A stretch of DNA of 64,000 bases, taken from Elusimicrobiales bacterium. GTDB lineage: Bacteria > Elusimicrobiota > Elusimicrobia > Elusimicrobiales > UBA9959. Each line of letters opens with the position of its first letter. Position 1 is the first letter of the stretch. Under the pieces are notes generated by a model. It had not been told where the DNA came from and searched no databases. It saw nothing but the letters and a program-made list of their open reading frames with translations. Both the position numbers and the translations under genes were made by a program. Positions 38,240 through 47,133 of the stretch are shown here, piece by piece. The DNA lies in the NCBI GenBank assembly GCA_038204165.1, contig JBBRDG010000001.1, positions 11,191 to 75,190 on the forward strand, written 5' to 3'.

Positions 38240-38527
38240 ATGAATAGAAACACGCAGCAGCCGCCCCTGAACGCTCTCAAGGAGCTTTCCGCGGCGCTGG
38301 CCTCGGTAAAAGAACAAGGCAGCATGCTCAAATTCCTGGGTGAGCTCCACACGCCCTCCGAACTTAAGGATATGGCGCTGCGTTGGCGGCTCCTCAAAAT
38401 GCTTAACCAGGGCTGCCCCCAGCGCGAGATAGCGAAAAAACTGGGCATTAGCCTGTGCAAGATAACCCGCGGCTCCAGGATCCTTAAAAGCCGCAACTCG
38501 CTAATAAAAGAACTTATTAAAGGATAA
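38240..38527 (+). CDS. TrpR-family YerC/YecD-like DNA-binding protein
   Basis: 95 aa from ATG 38240. [46 protein letters not shown]. The track start at 38105 lies inside the upstream terminator hairpin. Confidence 0.75.
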   Translation: MNRNTQQPPLNALKELSAALASVKEQGSMLKFLGELHTPSELKDMALRWRLLKMLNQGCPQREIAKKLGISLCKITRGSRILKSRNSLIKELIKG

Positions 38528-38532
38528 TTATC

Positions 38533-39747
38533 ATGGAACGCATTGAACAGAACCTGCTCCCCGACTCAAAAGGCTTCTTCGGCGATTACGGCGGCAGCTT
38601 CATTCCGCCCCAGCTGCGGGAGGTAATGGACGGCATAACGGCAGCCTACTTAAAGATAAAGGAAGACCCGGCCTTCCACGAGGAATTGGCAGACCTCTAT
38701 AAGCATTACGTGGGAAGGCCCAGCCCGATATTCCGGGCCGGCCGGCTTACTGCCAGCGCCGGCGGCGCGGAGATATACTTTAAGCGCGAGGACCTGAACC
38801 ACACCGGCGCGCACAAGATAAACCATTGCCTGGGCGAGGCGCTGCTGGCTAAAAAGATGGGAAAAAGAAAGCTGATCGCCGAGACCGGCGCGGGCCAGCA
38901 CGGCGTGGCCCTGGCCACGGCCGCGGCCCTGCTGGGGCTGGACTGCGAGATCTATATGGGCGAGGTGGATATTCAAAAGGAACATCCGAACGTAAGCCGC
39001 ATGAAGATCCTCGGCGCCAGGGTAGTCCCCGTTACGGCTGGACGCAGCACTCTTAAAGAAGCCGTAGACGCGGCTTTCGAGGCTTACCTAAAGGACCCTG
39101 TCACGCAGTTCTACGCCATCGGCTCGGTGGTAGGGCCTCATCCTTTTCCCATGATGGTCCGGGATTTCCAGGCCGTAGTGGGCAGGGAAGCCAGGAAGCA
39201 GTTCGCTGAAATTACCGGCGGGCTGCCGGACGCGCTGGTGGCCTGCGTGGGCGGCGGCTCCAACGCCATCGGGCTGTTCTCCGCCTTCCTGGAGGACAAG
39301 GACGTGGCTATGTACGGCGTAGAGCCGGCGGGCATCAGCTTCAAAGACGGGGAACATGCCGCCACGCTCACCAAGGGCAAGCCTGGCGTAATTCACGGCT
39401 TTAGGTGCTACCTGCTGCAGGACGAGCAGGGACAGCCGATGAAAGTTTACTCCGCAGCCAGCGGCCTGGACTACCCTGGCGTGGGGCCTGAACACAGCTA
39501 CCTTAAGGATACCGGCCGCGTTTCCTACGGCTACATAAACGACGCCGAGGCTATAGAAGCTTTCTTCTCCCTCTCACGGCTGGAAGGAATAATCCCGGCC
39601 ATAGAAAGCGCTCACGCCGCCGCTTATGCCGTTAAGCTGGCGAAGAAACTCGGCAAGGGCAAAACAATACTGGTGAACCTTTCCGGCAGGGGAGACAAGG
39701 ACGTGGACTTCGTGATAGAAAAATACGGCGCGGCTTACGGCCTGTAA
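38533..39747 (+). CDS. trpB: tryptophan synthase beta chain
   Basis: 404 aa. [45 protein letters not shown] and SGRGDKD. Confidence 0.95.
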   Translation: MERIEQNLLPDSKGFFGDYGGSFIPPQLREVMDGITAAYLKIKEDPAFHEELADLYKHYVGRPSPIFRAGRLTASAGGAEIYFKREDLNHTGAHKINHCLGEALLAKKMGKRKLIAETGAGQHGVALATAAALLGLDCEIYMGEVDIQKEHPNVSRMKILGARVVPVTAGRSTLKEAVDAAFEAYLKDPVTQFYAIGSVVGPHPFPMMVRDFQAVVGREARKQFAEITGGLPDALVACVGGGSNAIGLFSAFLEDKDVAMYGVEPAGISFKDGEHAATLTKGKPGVIHGFRCYLLQDEQGQPMKVYSAASGLDYPGVGPEHSYLKDTGRVSYGYINDAEAIEAFFSLSRLEGIIPAIESAHAAAYAVKLAKKLGKGKTILVNLSGRGDKDVDFVIEKYGAAYGL

Positions 39748-39937
39748 AACCCGGTCCAAAGGGCCCAGACGGATTTAGGCATAAGACCTATATACCTTTT
39801 GACGAATTAATGTCATACTATACAGGTAGTACAAACCAGAACTCAAGTTTTTGAAGCCTATTCTACCAGCAACTTCGGAGGAGATAGAGCAAAGAGAGTT
39901 GAGTCAGGTAAATTAAAGTTGCCAGGAGAATAATACA

Positions 39938-40276
39938 ATGAGCAAGAGAATATACGTGGGCGGTCTGCCCTTCACCACTACCGAAGCGGAAATGAACACC
40001 CTGTTCGCCACTTACGGCCAGGTTACCAGCGCCAAGCTGATCACGGACAGGGAGTCCGGCCAGTCCCGCGGTTTCGGCTTCATCGAGATGCCCAATGACG
40101 CGGAAGCTGCTACTGCCATGGAAAAGCTTAACGGCACCGACTTCGGCGGCCGCAAGCTGACCATCAACGAAGCTCGCCCCATGGAAGCCCGCACCGGCGG
40201 CGGCGGCGGACGCGGCGGTGATCGCGGTGGTCGCGGTGGCGATCGCGGCGGTTACGGCGGCGGCAACAAGTGGTAA
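39938..40276 (+). CDS. RRM-type RNA-binding protein with Gly/Arg-rich tail
   Basis: 112 aa. RNP2 IYVGGL, RNP1 RGFGFIEM and the tail GGGGGRGGDRGGRGGDRGGYGGG. Confidence 0.92.
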   Translation: MSKRIYVGGLPFTTTEAEMNTLFATYGQVTSAKLITDRESGQSRGFGFIEMPNDAEAATAMEKLNGTDFGGRKLTINEARPMEARTGGGGGRGGDRGGRGGDRGGYGGGNKW

Positions 40277-40300
40277 TCTAAAATCCTTTAACGGTTTTAG

Positions 40301-40332
40301 AACCGCCGTCCTGAAAAGGGCGGCGGTTTTTT
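40301..40332 (+). terminator. intrinsic terminator after the RRM gene (family variant)
   Basis: AACCGCCGTCCtgaaaaGGGCGGCGGTTtttttatt. Confidence 0.75.
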
Positions 40333-40354
40333 ATTGGCGCGAAACCAGGCGGAT

Positions 40355-42070
40355 TCAAAGCCCGGCGGGTTCCTGCCGGTTCTTTTCTTTTTCTATTTTC
40401 CAGCCGGAGATCCTGCGGATCAGGAAACCCGAACCGTAAAGCGCCGCTCCGGTTAGGAGCAGGCACAGGATGCGCACCGTGGTCGGCGCGGAGGCGGCGT
40501 CGTAAAGCAGGGCTTTACCCGCGGCGAAACCGAGCACCAGCATGGCGGACTTGGCCATCACCTCATCCTTTCTGTCGAAAGCGAAAGCTATGATGCTGAC
40601 GGCATACAGCAGCCACGACGCCGAAACGGCCAGCGAGCCGGTATCGGTGGTCAGCCGGTACAGTCCGGAAACAGCCAGTACGTGCGCGGCTCCAAGAAGC
40701 GGCCCGTAGCTGGCCTTCCCGGCGAACTCATCTCCCCTGGCATAAACCATCACCCAAAGCGCCACTAGAGAAGCCAGCGCTACCGCCAGCCAGGAAAGGT
40801 CGTTCCCGGACAGCAGATGCGAGATCATGCCCACGTACTCCAGCAGCATCACCGCCAATACGGCCAGCGCGGGGATACGCAGCGCCCCCTCTTTTCCCTG
40901 CCCGGCTATACGCCCGGGCGCAAAGGCTATGGCGAGCGCAATAGCCACGAACAGCCACGGCTTGGCCGCGGCTGGCAGCAGCTCAAGGTAGAAGGAGTGG
41001 AAACAGACTACGGACACGAAAGCGTAAACCATGGACCGGCTGCCGATAGAGACATCCGGGAACCACTTCTTAGCCGACTGGTACAGCCCTAACAGGATGG
41101 CGGCGAAGCCCAGCGACAGCCAGGGAGCCAGGCCGGGCCGCATGCGATCGATGAAATAATACTCCATCGCGTAAAAGAACAGCAGCAGCGGCAGGAAGCT
41201 GGACGACTCCGTTTCAGTAAGCGGCTTCAGGCTCTGCCGCGTGTAAAGATAGGTCCCCATGGCGAAAACCAGGAAATTAAGGGCCAACATCCCTGCGATA
41301 AACCCGTCCTGTTTAAGATAGAGCCCGGCGAAAGCAGTCATCATGATAGCCAGGTACGCCGAGACCAGCGTAAGGGTCCGGGACTTTACCCAGATCGAGA
41401 TCACCGCGAAAGCCGTGGAGCAGAGCAGGAAGTAATAAATGGTAAACGTTGACGTGGTGCCTATGGAGAGCACTACGGGCGCGCAATAGGAACCCACGGC
41501 CGCCGTGACCGGGTACCAGTCTTCCCTTATCCGCGTGTACAGCCAGATGCAGGCGCCTGAAACCAGGCTGGTCAGCGAAATAGCGTCCTCAAAAGTGATG
41601 ATCGAATACAGCCCGTAGGCCGCGAAGACCGTAAGGTATAGCACTATAATGCCCGCTCCCGGCAACAGGCTGGAATATTCCCGGTCCGCGTCAAGCAACG
41701 CGAAGCCTGCGCCTATAAGTCCTATACCCAGCAATACCGCAAGCCCAATCTGCCTTTCGGGAGTAAGCCAGCCGGAATCTATGGAAAGTTTTATTATGAA
41801 CGCGGCCGCGAATACGAAGCAAATGGCGGCCACTACGCCGAGCCAGTTTCCGGACCGCTCAGGGCTGGGCGCGGGCTTCCTGGAGGAAGTACTGGCGTTC
41901 AGGATCTGCTGCAGATTCGGCTGAGGCGGCGGCACAGGGGAGGCCTGGGGAACAAGAGCGGCAACCGGTGGAGGAGTCTGCTGCTGCACGGGCTTAATGA
42001 GCGCCGTTTCCAACCGGGAAAGACGCAACTCTATGGAATTCATTTTAGTTTCTAATTCCAATAGTTCCAT
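40355..42070 (-). CDS. DUF2339-like polytopic membrane protein
   Basis: 571 aa. N-terminal coiled coil (LELETKMNSIELRLSRLE), a Pro-rich linker, then about 16 TM segments. Confidence 0.65.
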   Translation of the reverse strand: MELLELETKMNSIELRLSRLETALIKPVQQQTPPPVAALVPQASPVPPPQPNLQQILNASTSSRKPAPSPERSGNWLGVVAAICFVFAAAFIIKLSIDSGWLTPERQIGLAVLLGIGLIGAGFALLDADREYSSLLPGAGIIVLYLTVFAAYGLYSIITFEDAISLTSLVSGACIWLYTRIREDWYPVTAAVGSYCAPVVLSIGTTSTFTIYYFLLCSTAFAVISIWVKSRTLTLVSAYLAIMMTAFAGLYLKQDGFIAGMLALNFLVFAMGTYLYTRQSLKPLTETESSSFLPLLLFFYAMEYYFIDRMRPGLAPWLSLGFAAILLGLYQSAKKWFPDVSIGSRSMVYAFVSVVCFHSFYLELLPAAAKPWLFVAIALAIAFAPGRIAGQGKEGALRIPALAVLAVMLLEYVGMISHLLSGNDLSWLAVALASLVALWVMVYARGDEFAGKASYGPLLGAAHVLAVSGLYRLTTDTGSLAVSASWLLYAVSIIAFAFDRKDEVMAKSAMLVLGFAAGKALLYDAASAPTTVRILCLLLTGAALYGSGFLIRRISGWKIEKEKNRQEPAGL

Positions 42071-42138
42071 TTTTTACCTCCATCCGCAGAACACCACTTT
42101 TAACTTCCTATTATTCTATCAAACCACACTGCCCATTG

Positions 42139-42166
42139 TTGCAAAGCGCATTTATTTGTATATCTA
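42139..42166 (+). promoter_or_regulatory. promoter of the short receiver gene, leaderless geometry
   Basis: TTGCAA (42139-42144), 16 nt, TATCTA (42161-42166), 6 nt, ATG 42173. Confidence 0.45.
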
Positions 42167-42172
42167 CCCTAA

Positions 42173-42499
42173 ATGGGGGAGCGGAATTTGGCGCCCCTGC
42201 TGGCCTCCACGCTTAAGGAGGCCGCCGCGATCCTTAAAAAAGATACGGTTGACCTAATTATCCTGGACCGCATCCTTCCCGACGGCGACGGGGTCAAACT
42301 GCTGATGGATCTGCACGAGCACCCCGCCTTAAAACATATCCCGGTGCTGATACTGAGCGGCAAGGACTCGGACTCCAACCAGGTGAACGGTCTGGACCTG
42401 GGCGCCGACGACTATATGACAAAACCTTTCTCGCTGCTGGAACTGCAGTCGAGGGTGACCACGTTGCTTCGCCGCGCCGGAAAGTTCAGGAACAATTAG
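42173..42499 (+). CDS. N-terminally short receiver-domain protein (lacks beta1 and the acidic DD pair)
   Basis: 108 aa. DLIILDRILPDGDG, ILSGKD and YMTKPF are present. An in-frame TAA lies at 42170-42172. Confidence 0.7.
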   Translation: MGERNLAPLLASTLKEAAAILKKDTVDLIILDRILPDGDGVKLLMDLHEHPALKHIPVLILSGKDSDSNQVNGLDLGADDYMTKPFSLLELQSRVTTLLRRAGKFRNN

Positions 42500-43413
42500 C
42501 TCCAGAGGCCTGCGCGTCTCCGGGTCTGCCCAGCGGCAGCCCCGGCATCCGCGCCCATAAAAAGTTCCACCAACAGGTCGCCGCGCGTTCCGTTCTTTCT
42601 CCGCAGCCCCCGGCCCGGCACCCGCAGCCTGGCGCCGGGTCGCCACCCGCCCGGCAGTTTAACCTTAAGCGCCCCGTCCAGCGCCGGCACCAGGACCTCG
42701 TCACCCGGGCCGGCCGCCGCCGCTATCCGGAGTCCGGTCAGCAGGTCGTCTCCGGCTATTTTAAAATCGGGGTGTGGCAGGACAAACACCTTAAGGGAAG
42801 ACCCGCCGCGGCCCCGGGCCGCGAGGTCCAGGCCGTCCAGGGACAGCCGATCTCCGTCGCGCAGTCCTACCGGCAGGATTACCTCCACTTTATCCAGTTC
42901 GACCACCCTGCCTGCGCCGCCGCATTGCCGGCAGGGCGCCGCGCTAAGCCGGCCCGACCCGGCGCAGGCCGGGCAGACGGACCTCAGACAGAGGCTTAAC
43001 ACCTGGCGCGAGCCGGTCAGCGCTTCCGCCAGTGAAAGGTGTACCTCTAACCCAGTGTCCGCACCGGAAGAAGGCGTTGCGGGGGCCCCGGTTGCTCCTC
43101 CCGGCAGATCGCCGAACAGGGAATGAAAGAACTCGCTGAAGCTGGCCGGCCGCGCGGCTCCGGACGGGAAGAACAAGTCCTGCCCGTGGCGAAGTTTCCC
43201 CCATAACCGGTCATAGGCATGACGTTTCTGCGGAGAGGACAAGCCGGAATAAGCCTCGTTTATTTCCTTAAACCTGCCTTCGGCCGCCCGGTCGCCGGGG
43301 TTGTGGTCGGGGTGAAATTTAAGGGCCAGCTTGTGATAAGCTGCCCGGATCTCGGCAAAGGAAGCCGAGCTGGGAACGTCCAATAAGGCGTAATAATCCA
43401 CGAATTTTGGCAT
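42496..43413 (-). CDS. J-domain protein (DnaJ/CbpA-like) with a reduced zinc centre
   Basis: 305 aa. DYYALLDV...KLALKFHPDHN. Only two Cys pairs (CPACAGSG, CRQCGGAG). Confidence 0.85.
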   Translation of the reverse strand: MPKFVDYYALLDVPSSASFAEIRAAYHKLALKFHPDHNPGDRAAEGRFKEINEAYSGLSSPQKRHAYDRLWGKLRHGQDLFFPSGAARPASFSEFFHSLFGDLPGGATGAPATPSSGADTGLEVHLSLAEALTGSRQVLSLCLRSVCPACAGSGRLSAAPCRQCGGAGRVVELDKVEVILPVGLRDGDRLSLDGLDLAARGRGGSSLKVFVLPHPDFKIAGDDLLTGLRIAAAAGPGDEVLVPALDGALKVKLPGGWRPGARLRVPGRGLRRKNGTRGDLLVELFMGADAGAAAGQTRRRAGLWS

Positions 43414-43459
43414 TGCGGCACGGCAGAACTTTTAAAGTCCTTCCCCCTCCCCTCCGCAC

Positions 43460-43470
43460 ATTCTAGCAAA
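43460..43470 (-). promoter_or_regulatory. extended -10 promoter (GTTTGCTAGAAT) of the J-protein gene
   Basis: The 20-nt block gccgggtttgctagaatgtg is identical to the one at 48124-48143. Confidence 0.45.
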
Positions 43471-43602
43471 CCCGGCGGAAAAAGCCAGCACAGGGACTTA
43501 GTGCCTATAAAATTAAGGGACTTTCGGGCCTATCGGCCATCGCCGGAACAATCTTAAAATGTTTATATGGCTTTAAGCGGCCAAACTTTCGGAGGACCTA
43601 AA

Positions 43603-44580
43603 ATGAAAAAAACAGCCCTGTTCATCCTGACCATGACTTTTGCCGCCGGCGCTTACGCCGCGGAACTCAAACCCATCTGCGCCGCCGGGATAAAAGCGGA
43701 TTTCACCGGAGATATCCCCGCACCTTCCATCGCCAGAGTCTATTCCGGTCCTACCGGCACTTCGGTCTGCGAGACCGCCATCGCCAGGAGCCTGAACTTC
43801 AGACCCACCGTATTCCGCGACATTAAGAACCAGCCGTTGCGCGGCTTCGATAAAGCCTACTATACCGAGCAAGGCCCCATGCAGGTTGCGCTGGTGCTAC
43901 AGACGAAGAAGGAAGCTTTTTATTATTACGAAGATTGCGATATCTGCGCCGAAATAGACAAATGCGACCTTAAGACCGGCGTGGTCAGCCGCGTGGTAGC
44001 GGCCCATTCCGCCGACTGCTCCGATATCGCCAAATTCTCCGCCGGCGCGGTCTATAACGCCTGCGCCAAGCCAGTTGCCGCCTGCGCCCGCGTCGGCGAG
44101 GACGTCCGCATCCCGGACGAATGCTGCTCCGCGAACGCCGTGCCCAACCAGAACGGCGAGATGACCTGCGTTGAAGCCGTCCCCGCCGGTTCCACCTGCG
44201 CCAGGATCGGCGACGATGTCCGCATCCCCGACGAATGCTGCTCCGGGAGCGCAGCTCCCAACCAGGGCGGCGAAATGACCTGCGTGGAAAACATTCCCGC
44301 CCTACCCGTAACCCCCGTAACCCCCGCGGTCACCCCCGGCTGCTCCAAGGTGGGCGAAGACGTCCGCATCCCAGAAGAATGCTGCTCCAGGAACGCCGAA
44401 CCCAACCAGGGCGGCGAGATGACCTGCGTGGAAGCCGTCCCCGCCGGTTCCAACTGCGCCAAGATCGGAGATGCCGTGCGGATCCCAGCAGAGTGCTGCT
44501 CCGGAAACGCGGTGCCGGCTTACGGCGGAGAGATGGAATGCGTTGAAGCTGCCCGCATAAAATCGCCTTTCGCCCGCTAA
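43603..44580 (+). CDS. secreted cysteine-rich protein with four tandem 38-aa C-x12-CC-x13-C repeats
   Basis: Start at ATG 43603 (GGAGG SD, signal peptide MKKTALFILTMTFAAGAYA). The repeat consensus is C(A/S)(R/K)(V/I)G(E/D)DVRIP(D/E)ECCS.NA.PNQGGEMTCVEAVPAGS. Confidence 0.8.
   Translation: MKKTALFILTMTFAAGAYAAELKPICAAGIKADFTGDIPAPSIARVYSGPTGTSVCETAIARSLNFRPTVFRDIKNQPLRGFDKAYYTEQGPMQVALVLQTKKEAFYYYEDCDICAEIDKCDLKTGVVSRVVAAHSADCSDIAKFSAGAVYNACAKPVAACARVGEDVRIPDECCSANAVPNQNGEMTCVEAVPAGSTCARIGDDVRIPDECCSGSAAPNQGGEMTCVENIPALPVTPVTPAVTPGCSKVGEDVRIPEECCSRNAEPNQGGEMTCVEAVPAGSNCAKIGDAVRIPAECCSGNAVPAYGGEMECVEAARIKSPFAR
44083..44547 (+). repeat. four in-frame tandem repeats (114-nt unit; 30-nt VTP-rich insert between units 2 and 3)
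   Basis: Unit starts (TGC codons) lie at 44083, 44197, 44341 and 44455. The gaggacgtccgcatcccggacgaatgctgctcc core recurs with few changes. Confidence 0.9.
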
Positions 44581-44600
44581 CCGAAAGCTACTTTAAGCGT

Positions 44601-44631
44601 AAAAAACCGCCGGGACTTCCCGGCGGTTTTT
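44601..44631. terminator. bidirectional intrinsic terminator (perfect family member)
   Basis: aaaaAACCGCCGGGacttCCCGGCGGTTttt between convergent genes. Confidence 0.8.
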
Positions 44632-44691
44632 AATTTATAACTCTCGAACTACTTCGGGCTTCCCCGGAGGCTTCGGGTTTTCTTTCAATTT

Positions 44692-45420
44692 TCAATCCGA
44701 AGCGGCGGAGAGAGTCTCCTTCAACTTCAATTCCAGAAGCTTACTATACCCCTCGGTCCTCTTTTCAACCTCTTTGGCGAACTTCTTATAGAAAGCGTCC
44801 TTTTGGTCGCTCGCCGCGCTGTACGCCTTGAGCAGAGCCTTGTGCTCTTTGGTCAGGTTTTTAACTTCGGCCTTGGCGGCCTTCTTGTCGGCGCCGAGCT
44901 TGGCCTGCTCTATAGCGGTCTCGTTCTCGTTGATCTGTTTCTGTATGGCCGAGAGTCTGCGGTCATGGGCCGCGGCCTTGGCGTCCATTTCTTCCATCCA
45001 CGGCTTCAGGTTAGCCGCTATGGCGTTGTACCCGGTCAGCAGCGGCTGGAAACAATGCGGGCAGGAAGAGACCGGAAAAGCGGGTTTCACGGCCTCAGGC
45101 GCAGCGGCGGGCTTCACGGACTCGGTGGAGGCCGAAGGTGCGGCCGAAGGCGCGGCCGTAGCCACGGCGACGTGCGGGACCGGGAGTTCCGCCGCGGGCG
45201 TGGCGGTGCTAACCTGGGGCCGGACCGCGGCCTTGGGGGCTTCGGCCGCCGTCGCTTTCACCGGTTTGGATTTTTTAACACTGGTTCTTTTCTTCTTCGC
45301 GGGCGCGGACGGCGCGACGGCGCTTACCTGCGCCTGCGCGGGCGGGGTTTGCTGGGCGAAGGCGGGCGATAGGGCCGCGGCCATTAAGATCCCTGACACT
45401 GTCATCATGATTTTTTTCAT
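44692..45420 (-). CDS. secreted Ala/Pro-rich protein with a CPHC motif and a coiled-coil C-terminus
   Basis: 242 aa. Signal peptide ...LSPAFAQQ, a low-complexity region, SSCPHCF, then a heptad-like Lys/Glu/Ala region. Confidence 0.6.
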   Translation of the reverse strand: MKKIMMTVSGILMAAALSPAFAQQTPPAQAQVSAVAPSAPAKKKRTSVKKSKPVKATAAEAPKAAVRPQVSTATPAAELPVPHVAVATAAPSAAPSASTESVKPAAAPEAVKPAFPVSSCPHCFQPLLTGYNAIAANLKPWMEEMDAKAAAHDRRLSAIQKQINENETAIEQAKLGADKKAAKAEVKNLTKEHKALLKAYSAASDQKDAFYKKFAKEVEKRTEGYSKLLELKLKETLSAASD

Positions 45421-45459
45421 AGCTATTAATTCCTTATATCCTGCAAGCGGTTCCGTTCG

Positions 45460-45948
45460 TTATTGCCCCTTTTTGAAGAGCCTATTCTCCATTTCATTAA
45501 CGGCGTCGGTGTCACTTTTGCTCAGCGCCGAATCGTCCGTTACTGGAGGCGCCTTTACCGCGCTTTTGGGCTGCGCCTTATCGCTGCGTCCTGCCGCAGC
45601 CGGACTCTGGGCCGGCGTATTCCGCTTGAACCTTATCGCCGTGCCGTAAACCTTTATCTTCTGCCAGCACCAAAGCCCCAGCAGCCCTAAACCTCTTTCA
45701 TCGTCCACCATAGGATTGACGATAGCCTCGGCCGCGGACGCGTTAAGCGCGTTCTCGGTGGCGGTAATCAGCGACGCGCTCCCGCTCAAGGGGATCACGC
45801 AGAGCAGGCGCGTACTCGAACTTTCCCCCCTGGCCGGGCCGACTATTTCCATGGCCTGGGGGGTAAGCGTCATGCTCGTGGGGTGCGGCGTCACTATCGC
45901 GCAGCCGCTAAGCAGACAGACTGATATAATAAATAATATTTTTTCCAT
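45460..45948 (-). CDS. lipoprotein, unknown function
   Basis: 162 aa. Lipobox LLSGC at residues 12-16. Confidence 0.65.
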   Translation of the reverse strand: MEKILFIISVCLLSGCAIVTPHPTSMTLTPQAMEIVGPARGESSSTRLLCVIPLSGSASLITATENALNASAAEAIVNPMVDDERGLGLLGLWCWQKIKVYGTAIRFKRNTPAQSPAAAGRSDKAQPKSAVKAPPVTDDSALSKSDTDAVNEMENRLFKKGQ

Positions 45949-45993
45949 ATTTCCAGGAGCGGTCCCGTCCTCCGATAAATTCCCTTCGGGGAT

Positions 45994-46004
45994 ATTTTAG
46001 CAAA
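45994..46004 (-). promoter_or_regulatory. extended -10 promoter (GTTTGCTAAAAT) of the lipoprotein operon
   Basis: Lies 45 nt upstream of ATG 45948, with GGAGGA in the leader. Confidence 0.45.
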
Positions 46005-46123
46005 CGCTCTACCGGGGCAGTGTAAGAACCCGCGGAGAATACTTGCAAAATTGCCAGACCCGGGCACCTGCGAGATATTCTTTCCGGTTCGTCATGAGTA
46101 CCCCCAGCGCTTTAAATCCGGTT

Positions 46124-47035
46124 CTATTTTTTCTTCCGCTTAGCGCCGGCCTTAGGCCGGGGAAGAAGGCGTTTAGCCGCCCGCCCCGTCTGCGCGGCGA
46201 CAAAATCCTCGAAACCGCAGTCCTGAAGTTCCTTCAACTCCGCGCCTCCGTATTTTCCGGCGACCGCGGCTAAGACGCCGTCGGCGGCAGCGTCCAGTTT
46301 TGCCGCCGACAACCTGGGCGCGGGCGCGCCTTTTTCCAGCGCCGCGGCCAGCCGCCACAGCCGGATGGCCTCACGCACCTGGGCGCGGTCCGGGCTAAGG
46401 ACCGTAGCGGTGCTTTTATCGGTTTCCTGCAAGGCCCTATCGTCCCTCATTTTTTCTAAAGAACCATGCAGCGCGCTGGCGGCGGCCCAGTCCAGCCAGC
46501 CCGCCGAACTTTTCGCAACGGCCGGCTCGGCCTCCGCGACCGGAGGCACAGGCCCTGAGCGGTAAGCGCTTTCCGCTCCTGTGTAAGGAGGAACCGGTGG
46601 CTGCGCGTAAAGCTTGGCGTTAGCGCTGACGATCAGCGGCCCGATAGCCCCGTTCATTAGCAGCGAGGCTTTTCTATCATAAGAACAGGTCCAGGTGCGC
46701 ACAGGCCCCAGCCCCGCCACCAATTTCTCAAGCTCCTGCCCTGTTAAATATGCCCTATTCCTGAAGGCGGCGTCGTCCGGATACTGGCGCCAGCGGCTGC
46801 CGAAGCGCAGGCTGGCGGTATTCGCCCGCATCTGGAGCCGCAGCCACGCTTCAATTGCCGCCGTGTCGGCCTTGGCCGACAGTCCGGCAGCCCGCTGCCG
46901 CGAAAAGGCCTCTTTAACGCTGGCCTGCGCCCTGGCGGCCGCCACTCCGTCGCTAACGGCGTCCGTAAGCTCCTGACCCCAAACGGCGCCCGCCGCTCCC
47001 AGGAAGATAGCCGCTGAAAATAAAAATCGCTTCAT
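46124..47035 (-). CDS. secreted protein, unknown function
   Basis: 303 aa from ATG 47035 (AGGAGA SD, signal peptide MKRFLFSAAIFLGAAGAVWGQ). Confidence 0.6.
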   Translation of the reverse strand: MKRFLFSAAIFLGAAGAVWGQELTDAVSDGVAAARAQASVKEAFSRQRAAGLSAKADTAAIEAWLRLQMRANTASLRFGSRWRQYPDDAAFRNRAYLTGQELEKLVAGLGPVRTWTCSYDRKASLLMNGAIGPLIVSANAKLYAQPPVPPYTGAESAYRSGPVPPVAEAEPAVAKSSAGWLDWAAASALHGSLEKMRDDRALQETDKSTATVLSPDRAQVREAIRLWRLAAALEKGAPAPRLSAAKLDAAADGVLAAVAGKYGGAELKELQDCGFEDFVAAQTGRAAKRLLPRPKAGAKRKKK

Positions 47036-47133
47036 AGATATTTCTCCTGCAACCTGACCGGCTGAAAGGCTTCTGCCGCAGCGCCGGTCAAAGAGCCAGG
47101 GCAAGGGCTGCCGCCAGCGGGAGTTCCCTTAAA

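Noticed and set aside
39799-39824. TTGACG...TATACA / TACTAT as the promoter of the RRM gene.
   Set aside because: Spacer lengths of 9-14 nt are outside the functional range, so no promoter call was made.
42496-42499. 4-nt overlap of the convergent receiver and J-protein genes as a regulatory feature.
   Set aside because: Short convergent overlaps are common in compact genomes, and there is no supporting structure.
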